From the NCBI GenBank assembly GCA_002104945.1, contig MCFH01000028.1, positions 124,001-188,000 of the forward strand: a stretch of DNA of 64,000 nt, written 5' to 3'. A program made the translations under genes and the position numbers. This DNA comes from Piromyces finnis finn (lineage: Eukaryota; Fungi; Neocallimastigomycota). Positions 62,748 through 64,000 of the stretch are shown piece by piece. How positions within the stretch are numbered: the first letter of the stretch is position 1; each line of letters starts with the position of its first letter. Below the pieces are notes generated by a model. It saw only the letters and a list, made by a program, of their open reading frames with translations. It had not been told where the DNA came from and did not search any database.

Positions 62748-64000
62748 TTTACCTTTGCTAAACGATTAATTTCCCAATCAATCTTTCCAACTTTTGTTTT
62801 AGGAAAATTAGTATTCATAACTGAACGAGTATCTCTACCTGTATATATAACCAATCCTATCGCTGTTCCTGAAGCCAATACAGTATTTGCCCATATTGTA
62901 TTTTCAACATTTAGTGGTGTACTAACACTATCACTCTATATTTATATTAATTATTTAGATATATGAAATATTTTTTTTTATATATATTATTCTAATATTG
63001 ATATTTACATCAGATGCAAATGAGGTAAATGTTCCAATAAATTTGTATATATCTTTATGTGGATCTTCAGCTAAATATTATAAATGATGTTTAATACATA
63101 TATTATAATATATTATATTACTTAATATTAAATATCATCAATCTATTACCATAAACTGATGCTTGATAGTCACATAATTGACTATCAAATTCTAATTGCT
63201 GGGTGGTTGATAAAGCTGTTCTTAATTTCCAATCAGTCTCCCCATCTAATTGATCAGTTCTAATAAAACATTCTCCATTAACATTTGATGTTCTAAGTAA
63301 TAATAGATCTGCTGGAACCTTTAATTAAAAACATTAATTAATATTGGGTATAATAGTATTCTGATATATTACTCATTTATATTTTCTATTTACTTACTCT
63401 TTGATTTTCATGAATTCTTACTAAATGACCAACTTTAATTTTACTACTTGGAATATGTTTGAAACCATCTTCAGTTAATATTTCATATTTTTGTGAATTT
63501 TCTTCCTGTTAATAGCGCGTTTAATTATTAGACTGTTGTTTTTAAAATATTACATTTATATAAATATTTACATTATCTCTTTTTTTTCTTAGTAAATCAT
63601 CATATGCTTCTTTACTAATTGTAACTGATAAGATAAATACAAGTGGACCAATATAAGTAACCAAGTACCCTATATTGATATTATAGTGAATGAGTTAAAA
63701 AAAACCACATTTCCATATCATAAAAGATAATTATTAATAGGCTATTAATATTTACCAATTTTTAATGCTGGAATAAATTGCGATATCGCAACTAATAAGA
63801 AATATAGATTTAAGAAAAATTTAAACTATTCATATATGGATTATATGGATTATTTATATCAAAGATATAAATGTCAAATTAATTTTATTTATAATAAATT
63901 TATATAATTAATTATTAAAATATTAAATAATTCATACTTGTTCATAAAGAACTACAGGTAAAAATGTAATTATATTATATTTTTGATTTCTTATAACATT
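59705..64000 (-). CDS. NEO1: P4-type phospholipid-flipping ATPase, NEO1/ATP9 subfamily; 5' end beyond the window
   Basis: [81 protein letters not shown]; C-terminus ..[11 protein letters not shown]. Confidence 0.92.
62701..62742 (-). repeat. (AAT)n microsatellite (sense strand) just after a donor site in a NEO1 intron
   Basis: (TTA)n on + strand. Confidence 0.88.

Overview
Extremely AT-rich, intron-rich eukaryotic DNA with long homopolymer and (AAT)n tracts and Asn-rich proteins. The gene set (chitin synthase plus ciliary IFT70 and WRAP73, SCAR/WAVE subunit BRK1, K40 alpha-tubulin) points to a zoosporic fungus, most likely an anaerobic gut fungus (Neocallimastigomycota; inferred, not proven). 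In order, the window holds: an orphan ~1380-aa low-complexity/RS protein, a HAPSTR1/C16orf72-like gene, thioredoxin reductase with a presequence-like extension, a division-I chitin synthase, alpha-tubulin, a non-LTR retrotransposon locus, tRNA-Ala(UGC), IFT70/TTC30, WRAP73, a CHK2-like FHA kinase, BRK1 with a polyproline tail, an ASPSCR1/UBX4-like gene, an ARID4-type PWWP protein, PRPF31 and a 5'-partial NEO1/ATP9 flippase. The most striking structure is an intact 5.7-kb single-ORF APE-RT LINE (RRM-like N-terminus, 35-nt poly(A), 9-bp TSD GTAAGAGTT) nested inside an older truncated copy of its own family. The insertion point falls exactly at an AG|GTAAG splice-donor-like junction, and the element's 5' leader has a duplicated hairpin and a candidate intron. 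Product calls come from recalled family motifs and manual splicing; no database search was run.
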